DNA of 64,000 nucleotides from Alphaproteobacteria bacterium (GTDB lineage Bacteria > Pseudomonadota > Alphaproteobacteria > Rhizobiales > Rhizobiaceae). Location of the stretch: positions 68,245 to 132,244 of the forward strand of contig JAHJHT010000010.1 of the NCBI GenBank assembly GCA_018823835.1, written 5' to 3'. The notes beneath the pieces were generated by a model. It had not been told where the DNA came from, searched no databases, and saw nothing but the letters and a program-made list of their open reading frames with translations. A program made the position numbers and the translations under genes. This document shows positions 42,708 through 52,348 of this stretch, piece after piece. Positions within the stretch are counted from its first letter, which is position 1, and every line of letters begins with the position of its first letter.

Positions 42708-43139
42708 TCAGGCAGCGCGGGACTCCGAATTGCGTTGATCCTCACAGACCGGCATGGGCACACGCGATTCTTCCGCGTCACTGTTGCCAATGTAGGTCAC
42801 CGAGGCGAATTCGCCGACAGGCGTTTCGGATTCTCCTGCCAAGGCCGCGCTGCCGGCGGACCCTGCCGGAGAGAATCCGAGCAGCCGACCGACCATCTCG
42901 ACGAAGATGCCGATGGCCGGCAGCGGCGCGAGTTCGGGCGTCTCCGGCATCGGCAGGTCGTCCAGCATGCCGCGATGCTGGCGTCTTTGCCGATCGGACC
43001 GGTCGGCCGGGTGGCGGTTCGCGCCAATGGCTATGTGCCAGGCATCGAACTTGGCGCGGTGCAGGCGTACCGCGCTTGAGGGTAGTACGGATGGGTAGTC
43101 ATGCGGGGCGCGTCGCCCACGCGAAAAGAGGCGCAACAT
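42708..43139 (-). CDS. hypothetical protein upstream of ABC exporter pair
   Basis: 143-aa ORF ending 40 nt before the ABC gene start. It has no motifs. Its composition is more protein-like than the overlapping plus-strand ORF. Confidence 0.3.
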   Translation of the reverse strand: MLRLFSRGRRAPHDYPSVLPSSAVRLHRAKFDAWHIAIGANRHPADRSDRQRRQHRGMLDDLPMPETPELAPLPAIGIFVEMVGRLLGFSPAGSAGSAALAGESETPVGEFASVTYIGNSDAEESRVPMPVCEDQRNSESRAA

Positions 43140-43421
43140 GGCTTGATTCCTTCGGGAACGGAAAAATGTTCCGGCGGAAATCGAGACGAGGATGCTCTAG
43201 AATGTCAGAGGATGCGTCGAACCGAAGCCGCCGTCAGGCAGTAAGCCCACGGGTGGGGCGGTGAATATCAATAGTCATCATGAATTCCATTGACCCCTCC
43301 ATCGGTTCGAGTTGACACGGCGCGTCCTATAGACCCGACGGCGTGAATTGGCTACTGGCCAGAAACGCGATTTGCGACGTTCCGTCGCAGCTGTTGCGTC
43401 TCTGCCACAGATGGAAGACCG

Positions 43422-43886
43422 ATGAACGTCAAGTCCGGCATCCGCATCGCACTCTATCAGCCCGACATTGCCGGCAACACCGGTACCATCCTGCGCATGG
43501 CGGCATGCCTCGGTCTGGCGGTCGACATCGTCGAGCCCGCGGGCTTCGATCTTTCCGACCGCAACCTCAAACGCGCCGGCATGGACTATCTGGAAATGGC
43601 GGCGCTGACCCGGCATGTCGACTTCGACAGCTTCGAGGCATGGCGCCGCAATGAAAATCGCCGGCTGCTGCTGTTTTCGACCCGCGCCGCCCTGCCCTAT
43701 TGCGAATTCGCCTATCAGGACGGCGACATCCTTTTGTTCGGCCGGGAATCGGCCGGCGTGCCGGATCGCGTGCACGAGTTGGCAGACGCCAGCCTCTTGA
43801 TCCCGATGAAGGGCGGAGGCCGCAGCCTCAACGTGGCGCTGTCGGCCGCCATGGCCGCCGGCGAGGCGCTGCGCCAGGTCGGCTGA
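43422..43886 (+). CDS. trmL: tRNA (cytidine/uridine-2'-O-)-methyltransferase TrmL (SpoU family)
   Basis: 154 aa: [20 protein letters not shown]...[11 protein letters not shown]...IPM...RSLNVA, typical of TrmL/YibK. Confidence 0.85.
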   Translation: MNVKSGIRIALYQPDIAGNTGTILRMAACLGLAVDIVEPAGFDLSDRNLKRAGMDYLEMAALTRHVDFDSFEAWRRNENRRLLLFSTRAALPYCEFAYQDGDILLFGRESAGVPDRVHELADASLLIPMKGGGRSLNVALSAAMAAGEALRQVG

Positions 43887-44001
43887 CCCGGTCAGGTCGG
43901 CTGGCCAGTTCGGTGCTGCATTGCCGGCCGATCCGGCTCTTTCGGCATCCTCGGGCATCCAAAATCCTCCGCTTTGCACAGTCGAGTGTCTCTTGCTACA
44001 A

Positions 44002-44019
44002 CCTCAACCAAAGTTGAGG
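44002..44019. promoter_or_regulatory. SoxR box (perfect inverted repeat CCTCAAC-N4-GTTGAGG)
   Basis: CCTCAACCAAAGTTGAGG lies 16 nt upstream of the soxR ATG and resembles the CCTCAA-N6-TTGAGG SoxR operator. It is flanked by TTGCTA on one side and, on the other strand, by TTGACC, each giving a 19-nt spacer. Confidence 0.6.
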
Positions 44020-44034
44020 TCAAGCGGGAATGTC

Positions 44035-44469
44035 ATGCTCAAGGATCTGACGGTTGGCGAAGTGGCGCGTCGCAGCGGCGTGGCCGTTTCCGCGCTGCAT
44101 TTCTACGAGCGGCGCGGCCTGATCGAGAGCCACCGCACGGCCGGCAACCAGCGCCGCTACGCGCGTGACGTGCTTCGACGCATCGCCATCATCCGCGTCG
44201 CGCAGGATGTCGGCATTCCGCTGGCCGAGATCGCCGAGGCACTGTCGGCCCTGCCGGATGGACGCACGCCGAGTCGCGAGGACTGGAGCGAGATGTCCGC
44301 GGGCTGGGCGAAGCAGCTCGACCGCCGCATCTCCCAGTTGAAGAAGCTGCGCGACGGTCTTGCCGACTGCATCGGCTGCGGCTGCATGTCGATCGACAAG
44401 TGCCCGCTGCGCAACCCTCAGGACCGCCTTGCAGGCAAGGGACCCGGAGCCCGCCGTCTGCAGCTCTAG
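44035..44469 (+). CDS. soxR: redox-sensitive transcriptional activator SoxR (MerR family)
   Basis: Trimmed to the ATG at 44035. It has a MerR HTH ([26 protein letters not shown]) and the [2Fe-2S] motif [12 protein letters not shown]. Confidence 0.9.
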   Translation: MLKDLTVGEVARRSGVAVSALHFYERRGLIESHRTAGNQRRYARDVLRRIAIIRVAQDVGIPLAEIAEALSALPDGRTPSREDWSEMSAGWAKQLDRRISQLKKLRDGLADCIGCGCMSIDKCPLRNPQDRLAGKGPGARRLQL

Positions 44470-44553
44470 AAGCGGGAAGGCGCGGCTTCCAGGCGCTGGA
44501 AACGGGATCGGTTTTGCCGCGCGGAGGGCCTGCAAATTTTTGCTCGGGCACCT

Positions 44554-44580
44554 CTTGAAACGGCAAAATTCCGCTATTAG
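44554..44580 (+). promoter_or_regulatory. candidate RpoH (sigma-32)-type promoter for groESL
   Basis: CTTGAAA-N13-CTATTAG lies about 110 nt upstream of groES and resembles CTTGAAA-N13-15-CCCCATNT and the alphaproteobacterial CTTG...CYTAT form. I found no CIRCE inverted repeat in 44470-44691. Confidence 0.35.
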
Positions 44581-44691
44581 CTCGATTGCGCGCGATGCCG
44601 GAAAACCGGGTCGCGCACCCCGCATCGGCCGATATTGCCGGTTCGGTGCGGAGGAACCTCAACAATCTGTTTGTCCTTGAAGGAGAACGAC

Positions 44692-45006
44692 ATGGCGTTC
44701 CGTCCATTGCACGACCGTATCCTGGTCCGCCGCATCGAAGCCGACGAAAAGACGGCCGGCGGCATCATCATCCCCGACACCGCAAAGGAAAAGCCGCAGG
44801 AAGGCGAGGTTCTCGCCGTCGGCCCCGGCGCGCGCAACGACTCCGGCCAGCTGGAGCCGCTCGACGTGAAGGTCGGCGACCGCATCCTGTTCGGCAAATG
44901 GTCGGGCACTGAGATCCGGCTCGATGGCGAGGACCTGCTGATCATGAAGGAAAGCGACGTGATGGGCATCATAGAGAACGTCGCCGGCATGAAGAAGGCC
45001 GCCTGA
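44692..45006 (+). CDS. groES: co-chaperonin GroES
   Basis: Trimmed to the ATG at 44692, after GAAGGAGAA. Sequence: [14 protein letters not shown]...[18 protein letters not shown]. Confidence 0.95.
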   Translation: MAFRPLHDRILVRRIEADEKTAGGIIIPDTAKEKPQEGEVLAVGPGARNDSGQLEPLDVKVGDRILFGKWSGTEIRLDGEDLLIMKESDVMGIIENVAGMKKAA

Positions 45007-45027
45007 TAGGCGACCCGGGCTGTTTAG

Positions 45028-46683
<1,656 letters not shown>

Positions 46684-46689
46684 TGAAAG

Positions 46690-46717
46690 GGCGCCCGCGC
46701 AAGCGGGCGCCTTTTTT
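46690..46717 (+). terminator. rho-independent terminator after groEL
   Basis: GGCGCCCGC-GCAA-GCGGGCGCC followed by TTTTTT, starting 7 nt after the groEL stop. Confidence 0.8.
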
Positions 46718-46742
46718 CACGTACCCAAGGATCGGAGGGGAA

Positions 46743-46949
46743 ATGGAAGGACTGGAAAACATTCCCGCACCCAGTGTGCCGGTCACCGACATGGCCTACC
46801 AGGTGCAGCTGCGCGCCGCGCTCGGACCGGTGCTGGACCGCGTTCTTGACATGGCTGAATCCTGTGGATGGGACCGCCGCAAGGCCGCCTATACGATGAT
46901 GTTCCTGGCTGCACGCGCCCTGCCCGACGGCAAGGCCAGGCAAGGCTGA
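46743..46949 (+). CDS. hypothetical small protein
   Basis: 68-aa ORF starting after the groEL terminator, with GGAGGGGAA in front of the ATG. No motifs. Confidence 0.3.
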   Translation: MEGLENIPAPSVPVTDMAYQVQLRAALGPVLDRVLDMAESCGWDRRKAAYTMMFLAARALPDGKARQG

Positions 46950-47052
46950 CGACGCAAGGTGCCGCCTCGCAGGCATCCGACCCAGTCGGGTCACCGGGAT
47001 TGCGACGGCGCGCTTCCCATGCTGACATCGGCCTCTGCAGGAGGTCTGACCG

Positions 47053-47607
47053 GTGAGCGAGCGCGACAGGATGAAGGCGGGTGAGTGGTACACCTGCATC
47101 GACGACGAACTGGAGGGCATGCGCGTCCTCGCGCGGCGCGCCGTCTTCGAGCACAACCAGATGCATCCCGATGCGCGGGGCGACATGGCGCCCTCGCTGC
47201 GCGACCTGCTCGGCGATGCCGGGACTGGCGCGCGCATCGAGGCGCCCTTCCATTGCGCCTACGGCTTCAACATCGCGCTCGGCCGCAACACATTCCTCAA
47301 TGCCGGCTGCACGATCCTCGACACTGCGCCCGTCTTCATCGGCGACCGGACGCTGCTCGGTCCAAATGTGCAGATCTATTGCGCCGAGCACCACAAGGAC
47401 GCGGCCGAGCGCGCCGCCGGGCTGGAGATCGCCCGCCCCGTGCACATCGGGCACAATGTCTGGATCGGCGGCAGCGCCATCATCCTGGGCGGCGTCACCA
47501 TCGCCGACGGCGCCATCGTCGGCGCCGGCTCCGTCGTCACCCGCGATGTGCCCGCCGGCGCGACGGTCGTCGGCAATCCGGCACGCATACGGCCGGTCGG
47601 CGGCTAG
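47053..47607 (+). CDS. sugar O-acetyltransferase (maltose/galactoside acetyltransferase family)
   Basis: Mac-type N-terminus (MKAGEWY...) and hexapeptide repeats (IGHNVWIGGSAIILGGVTIADGAIVGAGSVV). GTG start. Confidence 0.85.
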   Translation: MSERDRMKAGEWYTCIDDELEGMRVLARRAVFEHNQMHPDARGDMAPSLRDLLGDAGTGARIEAPFHCAYGFNIALGRNTFLNAGCTILDTAPVFIGDRTLLGPNVQIYCAEHHKDAAERAAGLEIARPVHIGHNVWIGGSAIILGGVTIADGAIVGAGSVVTRDVPAGATVVGNPARIRPVGG

Positions 47608-47627
47608 CTATCCGTTCCCGAAAAGCT

Positions 47628-47658
47628 CAGGGCCGCCCTGCATGGCAAGGCGGCCCTG
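47628..47658 (-). terminator. hairpin between convergent maa-like gene and fhs
   Basis: CAGGGCCGCC-(11 nt)-GGCGGCCCTG. On the minus strand it is followed by AGCTTTTC (weak T tract). On the plus strand it is followed by an A-run, so it is a poor plus-strand terminator. Confidence 0.45.
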
Positions 47659-47686
47659 AAAAAGCTGAACTGGGAAACGGTGAAGC

Positions 47687-49366
47687 CTAGAACAGGCCCT
47701 CGATCTCGCCCTTGGCGTTGAGCATGATCTTCTCGGAAGACGGCACGCGCGGCAGCCCGGGCATGGTCATGATCTCGCCGCAGATGGCGACCACGAAGCC
47801 GGCGCCGGCCGACAGCCTGACCTCGCGCACCGGGACCGTGTGGCCGGTCGGCGCGCCGCGCAGGTTCGGATCGGTCGAGAAGGAATACTGCGTCTTGGCC
47901 ATGCAGACCGGAAGGTTGCCGTAGCCGGCCTTCTCCCAGGCATGCAGCTGGTCGCGCACAGACTTGTCGGCAATCGCTTCCGAGCCGCGATAGATGCGCT
48001 GCACCACCGTGTTGATCTTCTCGAACAGCGGCATCTCGTCGGGATAGAGCGGCGAGAACTGCGCCGAACCGGATTCCGCGATCTCGACCACCTTTCGGGC
48101 AAGGTCCTCGATGCCGGCCGAACCCTTGGCCCAATGCTTGCAGAGAATTGCCTCGGATCCCTGCGAGGCGACGAAATCCTTCATCGCCTGGATCTCGACT
48201 TCGGTGTCGGTGGTGAAGTGGTTGATCGCAACCACCACCGGCACGCCGAACTGCTTCACATTCTCGATGTGACGGCCGAGATTGGCGCAGCCCTTCTTCA
48301 CCGCCTCGACATTCTCGGCGCCGAGGTCTTCCTTCTTGACGCCGCCATTCATCTTCATTGCGCGCACGGTGGCGACGATGACCGCGGCAGCCGGCTTCAG
48401 GCCGGCCTTCCGGCACTTGATGTCGAAGAACTTCTCAGCACCGAGATCGGCGCCGAAACCGGCTTCGGTGACGACGTAGTCGGCGATCTTCAGCGCCGTG
48501 GTGGTGGCGACCACCGAGTTGCAGCCATGCGCGATATTGGCGAACGGGCCGCCATGCACGAAGGCCGGGTTGTTCTCGAGCGTCTGCACGAGGTTTGGCT
48601 GCATGGCGTCCTTCAGCAGCACGGTCATCGCGCCATCGGCCTTGAGATCGCGAGCGTAGACCGGCGTCTTGTCGCGACGATAGGCGACGATGATGTCGCC
48701 GAGACGCTTTTCCAGGTCCTTGAGGTCGTTCGCCAGGCAAAGGATGGCCATGACTTCCGAGGCGACCGTGATGTCGAAGCCCGCTTCGCGCGGGAAGCCG
48801 TTGGCGACACCGCCAAGCGACACGTTGATCTGGCGCAGCGCGCGATCGTTCATGTCCATGACGCGGCGCCAGACGACGCGGCGGCTGTCGATGCCGAGTT
48901 CGTTGCCCCAATAGATGTGGTTGTCGATCAGGGCCGACAGCAGGTTGTGCGCCGTGGTGATGGCGTGAAAATCGCCGGTGAAGTGCAGGTTCATGTCGTC
49001 CATCGGAACGACCTGCGCATAACCGCCGCCCGCAGCGCCGCCCTTCATGCCGAAGTTCGGCCCGAGCGAGGCTTCGCGAATGCACACCATGGCCTTCTTG
49101 CCGATGCGGTTCAGACCGTCGCCGAGACCCACGGTCGTGGTCGTCTTGCCTTCGCCGGCAGGCGTCGGGTTGATGGCGGTGACGAGGATCAGCTTGCCGT
49201 CCTTGTTGCCCTTCACGGACTGGATGTATTCAGCCGAGACCTTCGCCTTGTCGTGGCCGTAGGGCAAAAGCTGTTCGTGCGGGATGCCGAGCTTTTCGCC
49301 AACTTCCATGATTGGCTTCTTGTTGGCGGCGCGCGCGATCTCGATGTCGGATTTCACTTCGGCCAT
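47687..49366 (-). CDS. fhs: formate--tetrahydrofolate ligase
   Basis: Trimmed to the ATG at 49366. It has the P-loop-like [14 protein letters not shown] and is FTHFS-like along its whole length. Confidence 0.95.
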   Translation of the reverse strand: MAEVKSDIEIARAANKKPIMEVGEKLGIPHEQLLPYGHDKAKVSAEYIQSVKGNKDGKLILVTAINPTPAGEGKTTTTVGLGDGLNRIGKKAMVCIREASLGPNFGMKGGAAGGGYAQVVPMDDMNLHFTGDFHAITTAHNLLSALIDNHIYWGNELGIDSRRVVWRRVMDMNDRALRQINVSLGGVANGFPREAGFDITVASEVMAILCLANDLKDLEKRLGDIIVAYRRDKTPVYARDLKADGAMTVLLKDAMQPNLVQTLENNPAFVHGGPFANIAHGCNSVVATTTALKIADYVVTEAGFGADLGAEKFFDIKCRKAGLKPAAAVIVATVRAMKMNGGVKKEDLGAENVEAVKKGCANLGRHIENVKQFGVPVVVAINHFTTDTEVEIQAMKDFVASQGSEAILCKHWAKGSAGIEDLARKVVEIAESGSAQFSPLYPDEMPLFEKINTVVQRIYRGSEAIADKSVRDQLHAWEKAGYGNLPVCMAKTQYSFSTDPNLRGAPTGHTVPVREVRLSAGAGFVVAICGEIMTMPGLPRVPSSEKIMLNAKGEIEGLF

Positions 49367-49752
49367 GACGGCTTGTTCCTCGGTCTGGACGGTTGGGACG
49401 ATCGGTGGATTGTCTGGTTCAGGCGGCGCCAGGCCGGCGCGCACCCGATGCACGATGTAACCTTCTCATGGCGTCAAGGTCAACCAACATGCAACATTGT
49501 TTCCTGTAAAGAAAATTCGACGTGCTGACCATTGGCTTGCGGCTCGGTTTTATCCGGGACGGACGCGCGTCGCAAACAAGCCAGAGCAAGGCCCGCCGCG
49601 CCGTCTCAAAACAGCCGTGAAATGAGCGAAATGCGACAAGGGCGTCCAACAGGACGTCATCCTTGCATGCAAGCGGTTCCCCGGTTAACGACGTCAGTCC
49701 CGCCGCGACGTGACGCGTGCCCACTCCTGGACCGCCACCGGCAATCGCGAGT

Positions 49753-50610
49753 TCAAGGCAGTCTGTAGGTGGAGCCTGCAGGCAGGGCCCGGTTCAGGAT
49801 TGCCTCGACGTATCTGACTTCGGATGCTTTCAGATGCTCCCGCAGGGCAGTCTGGGTCCCGATTTCCTGGATGATGGATTCCGCCCAAAATCTCGCGGCC
49901 TCCAACTCCCCTTCATCGATCAGTCGTTCGACACGTTGCGTCGCCTGCAGTTCTGCCTTGTCGAGTTCTCGGAACATGCCGCCGAAATATCCGGGGTTGC
50001 GGACCGATCCTTCGAAGTCCGGGCAGGCCGCCTGTGCATCACGCACATAGGCTTCCGCAATCTTGTCTCGCGCCAGGAAGGCCGCGCCGTCTCTCAGCGT
50101 CTGTATGTGCAACTGATATGCGGCATCAAACCAACCGCTTAGGGCCTGTCTGGCTTCGGGCCAGCACGCGCCCTTTGCTGCAAGATGACCAAGATATGCC
50201 TTCCGGCAGAAGAAGTATCGTTCGAACATGCCTTCCGCGGTTTCCGGCGGCCGCTTGCAGATGGCATCGACTTGATCGGATTTGGCCAATGGCAGCGCCG
50301 ACATCACAACCTGGAATTTGCACCGCTTGGAACACTGGAAAAGGTTGATTGCGAGACCGAATTCCTTGTGGTCGCTGATGGACACTCTCGCAGGAACCCG
50401 CGGAATATCGGCGGGTCGCAGGGAGTCGAGGTCAACTTCCTGCAGGCCGTTCCCGAGTCGCCCTTCCGTTAGCACCTCCAGCCCCCACTCGATGGAAAAG
50501 TTCTTGTCGGCCAATTCGTCATGGAAGCGAAAGGTGACAGAGGTTGCCCAGCCTTGGACAGGCCACAGAAGGAGGCAGCAGGACAGGACGATTAGCTCTC
50601 GGCGCATCAT
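49753..50610 (-). CDS. hypothetical secreted protein (Cys-containing), lower-GC islet
   Basis: 285 aa with signal peptide MMRRELIVLSCCLLLWPVQGWA. GGAGG SD and an ATGA overlap with the upstream gene stop. No recognisable domain. Confidence 0.6.
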   Translation of the reverse strand: MMRRELIVLSCCLLLWPVQGWATSVTFRFHDELADKNFSIEWGLEVLTEGRLGNGLQEVDLDSLRPADIPRVPARVSISDHKEFGLAINLFQCSKRCKFQVVMSALPLAKSDQVDAICKRPPETAEGMFERYFFCRKAYLGHLAAKGACWPEARQALSGWFDAAYQLHIQTLRDGAAFLARDKIAEAYVRDAQAACPDFEGSVRNPGYFGGMFRELDKAELQATQRVERLIDEGELEAARFWAESIIQEIGTQTALREHLKASEVRYVEAILNRALPAGSTYRLP

Positions 50611-51101
50611 CCAACCTCCGGAGTTCCAGGCCCACTCGGCCGCGCGTGCCCCGCACGCGCCGCCTGGGTGTCGAGTCCCAGTTTTGCCAGGAACAGGAGG
50701 CTGAGCATGCTCGTCATGGAAAGGATCGACTTGCTGATGTCGCCATACTCCGTGACATAAGGCTTGTACGCCGCCAGTCCCCCGAGGATTCCCGGGTCAA
50801 TTGCTGCGAAGGCGAGGAAGCCGCAGATGATCCCACAACCCATGACTGCAAGGATCAGGTAGCCGCCGAGACTGACGAGGTCGTCGGACCGGAAGACGAT
50901 CACGGCCCCGACTATCGGCAGCAGAAGGGTGTGTACCGAATTCGCAACGTCGGTGTCGGTCATGCCAACTGCAATCTTCATCCATCCTGCCCCGGGAGCC
51001 GCCCCGAACAGGATGCCCAGCGTGATCGCGAAGATGGGCCAACAGAAGAACAATAGGAAAACTAGCGCAAAAGCCGATACCAAATAGTCTCGACGAAGCA
51101 T
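50607..51101 (-). CDS. hypothetical integral membrane protein, lower-GC islet
   Basis: Trimmed to the ATG at 51101, after GGGGAGG. The 164-aa protein has about 5 hydrophobic segments. It is translationally coupled to 49753-50610. Confidence 0.55.
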   Translation of the reverse strand: MLRRDYLVSAFALVFLLFFCWPIFAITLGILFGAAPGAGWMKIAVGMTDTDVANSVHTLLLPIVGAVIVFRSDDLVSLGGYLILAVMGCGIICGFLAFAAIDPGILGGLAAYKPYVTEYGDISKSILSMTSMLSLLFLAKLGLDTQAARAGHARPSGPGTPEVG

Positions 51102-51200
51102 CGACACCTCCCCACGTATCCGTGGAGAGAGTGGCACAAAGTTTGCGGCAATTCAATTGTCGGTTGCGACGTCATATTTATGCAACCTGAAAGTGAACTC

Positions 51201-52337
51201 CTACCGGTCGAGCACCGAGCGCAGTTCGACGAGATTTGCGCGCGCTCCCAGAACATAAAAGCCCATTGTCGCCAGATGCGCGGGCATGATCCAGCCCGAT
51301 TCATTTCCGTTCGAAATGATGAAAGGCATGATGTTGAGGGCGGCGCGCAGGCGTTCCTCGCTGCGATTCCACAACGGCGTCAGGCCGCGCGTCGCAATCA
51401 CTTCCTGGAAGTCCGCGCGCGAGGCATGGATGATGCCGTAATAGGCGTAGAGCTGGCCGTAGGCGAACCAGAAGCGGTCGTCGGCCCGCGTGTCGAACCA
51501 GCCGGAATTGTATTCCTCGGAACGGATCCTGAGCATGTCGGAGGTCGAGCCGATGTCGCTGGCGATACGATCGAGGAATGTGACCAGATTGTCGGCGCGC
51601 GCGTCGAAAGTGGCGTTGCAGGCCTCCAGCCGCTGGTTGAAGGCGCGCAGATTGCCGATGGCCGAGCGATAGAAGCTGGGCGTCGGCGTCTTCGGGCCGA
51701 ACGGGCTGATGCCGAAATACCAGGTCTCTTCGTCGAAGGTGACGGCACCGCGCGCATCCTGCAGGTCCTGGTCGATCTGCGATGTGCCGCGCACGCGGCC
51801 GAGCGTGTCGACCAATTCGATGGCGGTGCGCCGGATCGCCTGGTTGACGCCGAGCTGGAAGGCCGCCTTGTTGTCGAAGAAGGGCGTGTGGCGCCACGGC
51901 ACGCCGAAGAAGCCCGCCTTGGAGAGGATCATCGACGGCACCCAGGCATTCTGGTTGACGTTGAAGTCGATCAGGTCCGCGGTGACGTCTGTGATGGCCG
52001 AGCGCGTGCAGGTCTTGCCTGCGCCGGCCGTGGCGGCCGCGCCGGCGACCGGGGGAGCTTCCTCTCCGGCCGAGGTCGCGCGGCCGGAGAGGTCGTAGGC
52101 AACGACATAGTCCGGGTTGAAATTGGTCCAGCGCTGGGTGACCCAGAAGAAGTAGGCATAGAGGCCGACCAGTACCACAAGGGCAAGACCGAGGATCGAC
52201 TTGAGAATCCAGCCGCGCTGCGTGTACCAGCGCCCGGCCCACAGGAATGGCCACAGGATGATACCCACGACGAAGCCGATGCCGCGTCCGATCCACTGGA
52301 AAATCCGGGTGAAGAAGTTCACGATCGGATCAAGCAT
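51201..52337 (-). CDS. membrane-anchored protein, DUF2333-like (gene 5 of AAA+ operon)
   Basis: Track ORF 51201-52826 trimmed to the ATG at 52337, 11 nt after the upstream stop. It has two N-terminal hydrophobic helices (GIGFVVGIILWPFLWA; ILGLALVVLVGLYAYFFW) and then a ~300-aa Trp/Phe/Arg-rich domain. The DUF2333 assignment is from memory only. Confidence 0.7.
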   Translation of the reverse strand: MLDPIVNFFTRIFQWIGRGIGFVVGIILWPFLWAGRWYTQRGWILKSILGLALVVLVGLYAYFFWVTQRWTNFNPDYVVAYDLSGRATSAGEEAPPVAGAAATAGAGKTCTRSAITDVTADLIDFNVNQNAWVPSMILSKAGFFGVPWRHTPFFDNKAAFQLGVNQAIRRTAIELVDTLGRVRGTSQIDQDLQDARGAVTFDEETWYFGISPFGPKTPTPSFYRSAIGNLRAFNQRLEACNATFDARADNLVTFLDRIASDIGSTSDMLRIRSEEYNSGWFDTRADDRFWFAYGQLYAYYGIIHASRADFQEVIATRGLTPLWNRSEERLRAALNIMPFIISNGNESGWIMPAHLATMGFYVLGARANLVELRSVLDR

Positions 52338-52348
52338 TCTGTCACCCC

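Noticed and set aside
43278-43979. 233-aa minus-strand ORF that begins just downstream of the reverse-oriented SoxR-type promoter.
   Set aside because: It is entirely antisense to trmL, which has clear SpoU-family motifs, and it has a shadow-ORF composition. I kept only the possibility of a non-coding antisense transcript, in the SoxR finding.
44470-44691. CIRCE element upstream of groES.
   Set aside because: TTAGCTCGA occurs once (44577-44585), but there is no matching inverted arm 9 nt downstream.
49367-49560. Possible ZTP (pfl) or other folate-related riboswitch in the leader of fhs.
   Set aside because: fhs is a classic ZTP-riboswitch target, so I read the minus-strand leader. It contains CTGGCG and GCCGCCTGAACC, but not the contiguous GUGACUGGCG core or the CCGCCUGGGC pseudoknot partner, and the order and spacing do not fit. 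An Infernal scan with RF01750 would settle it.
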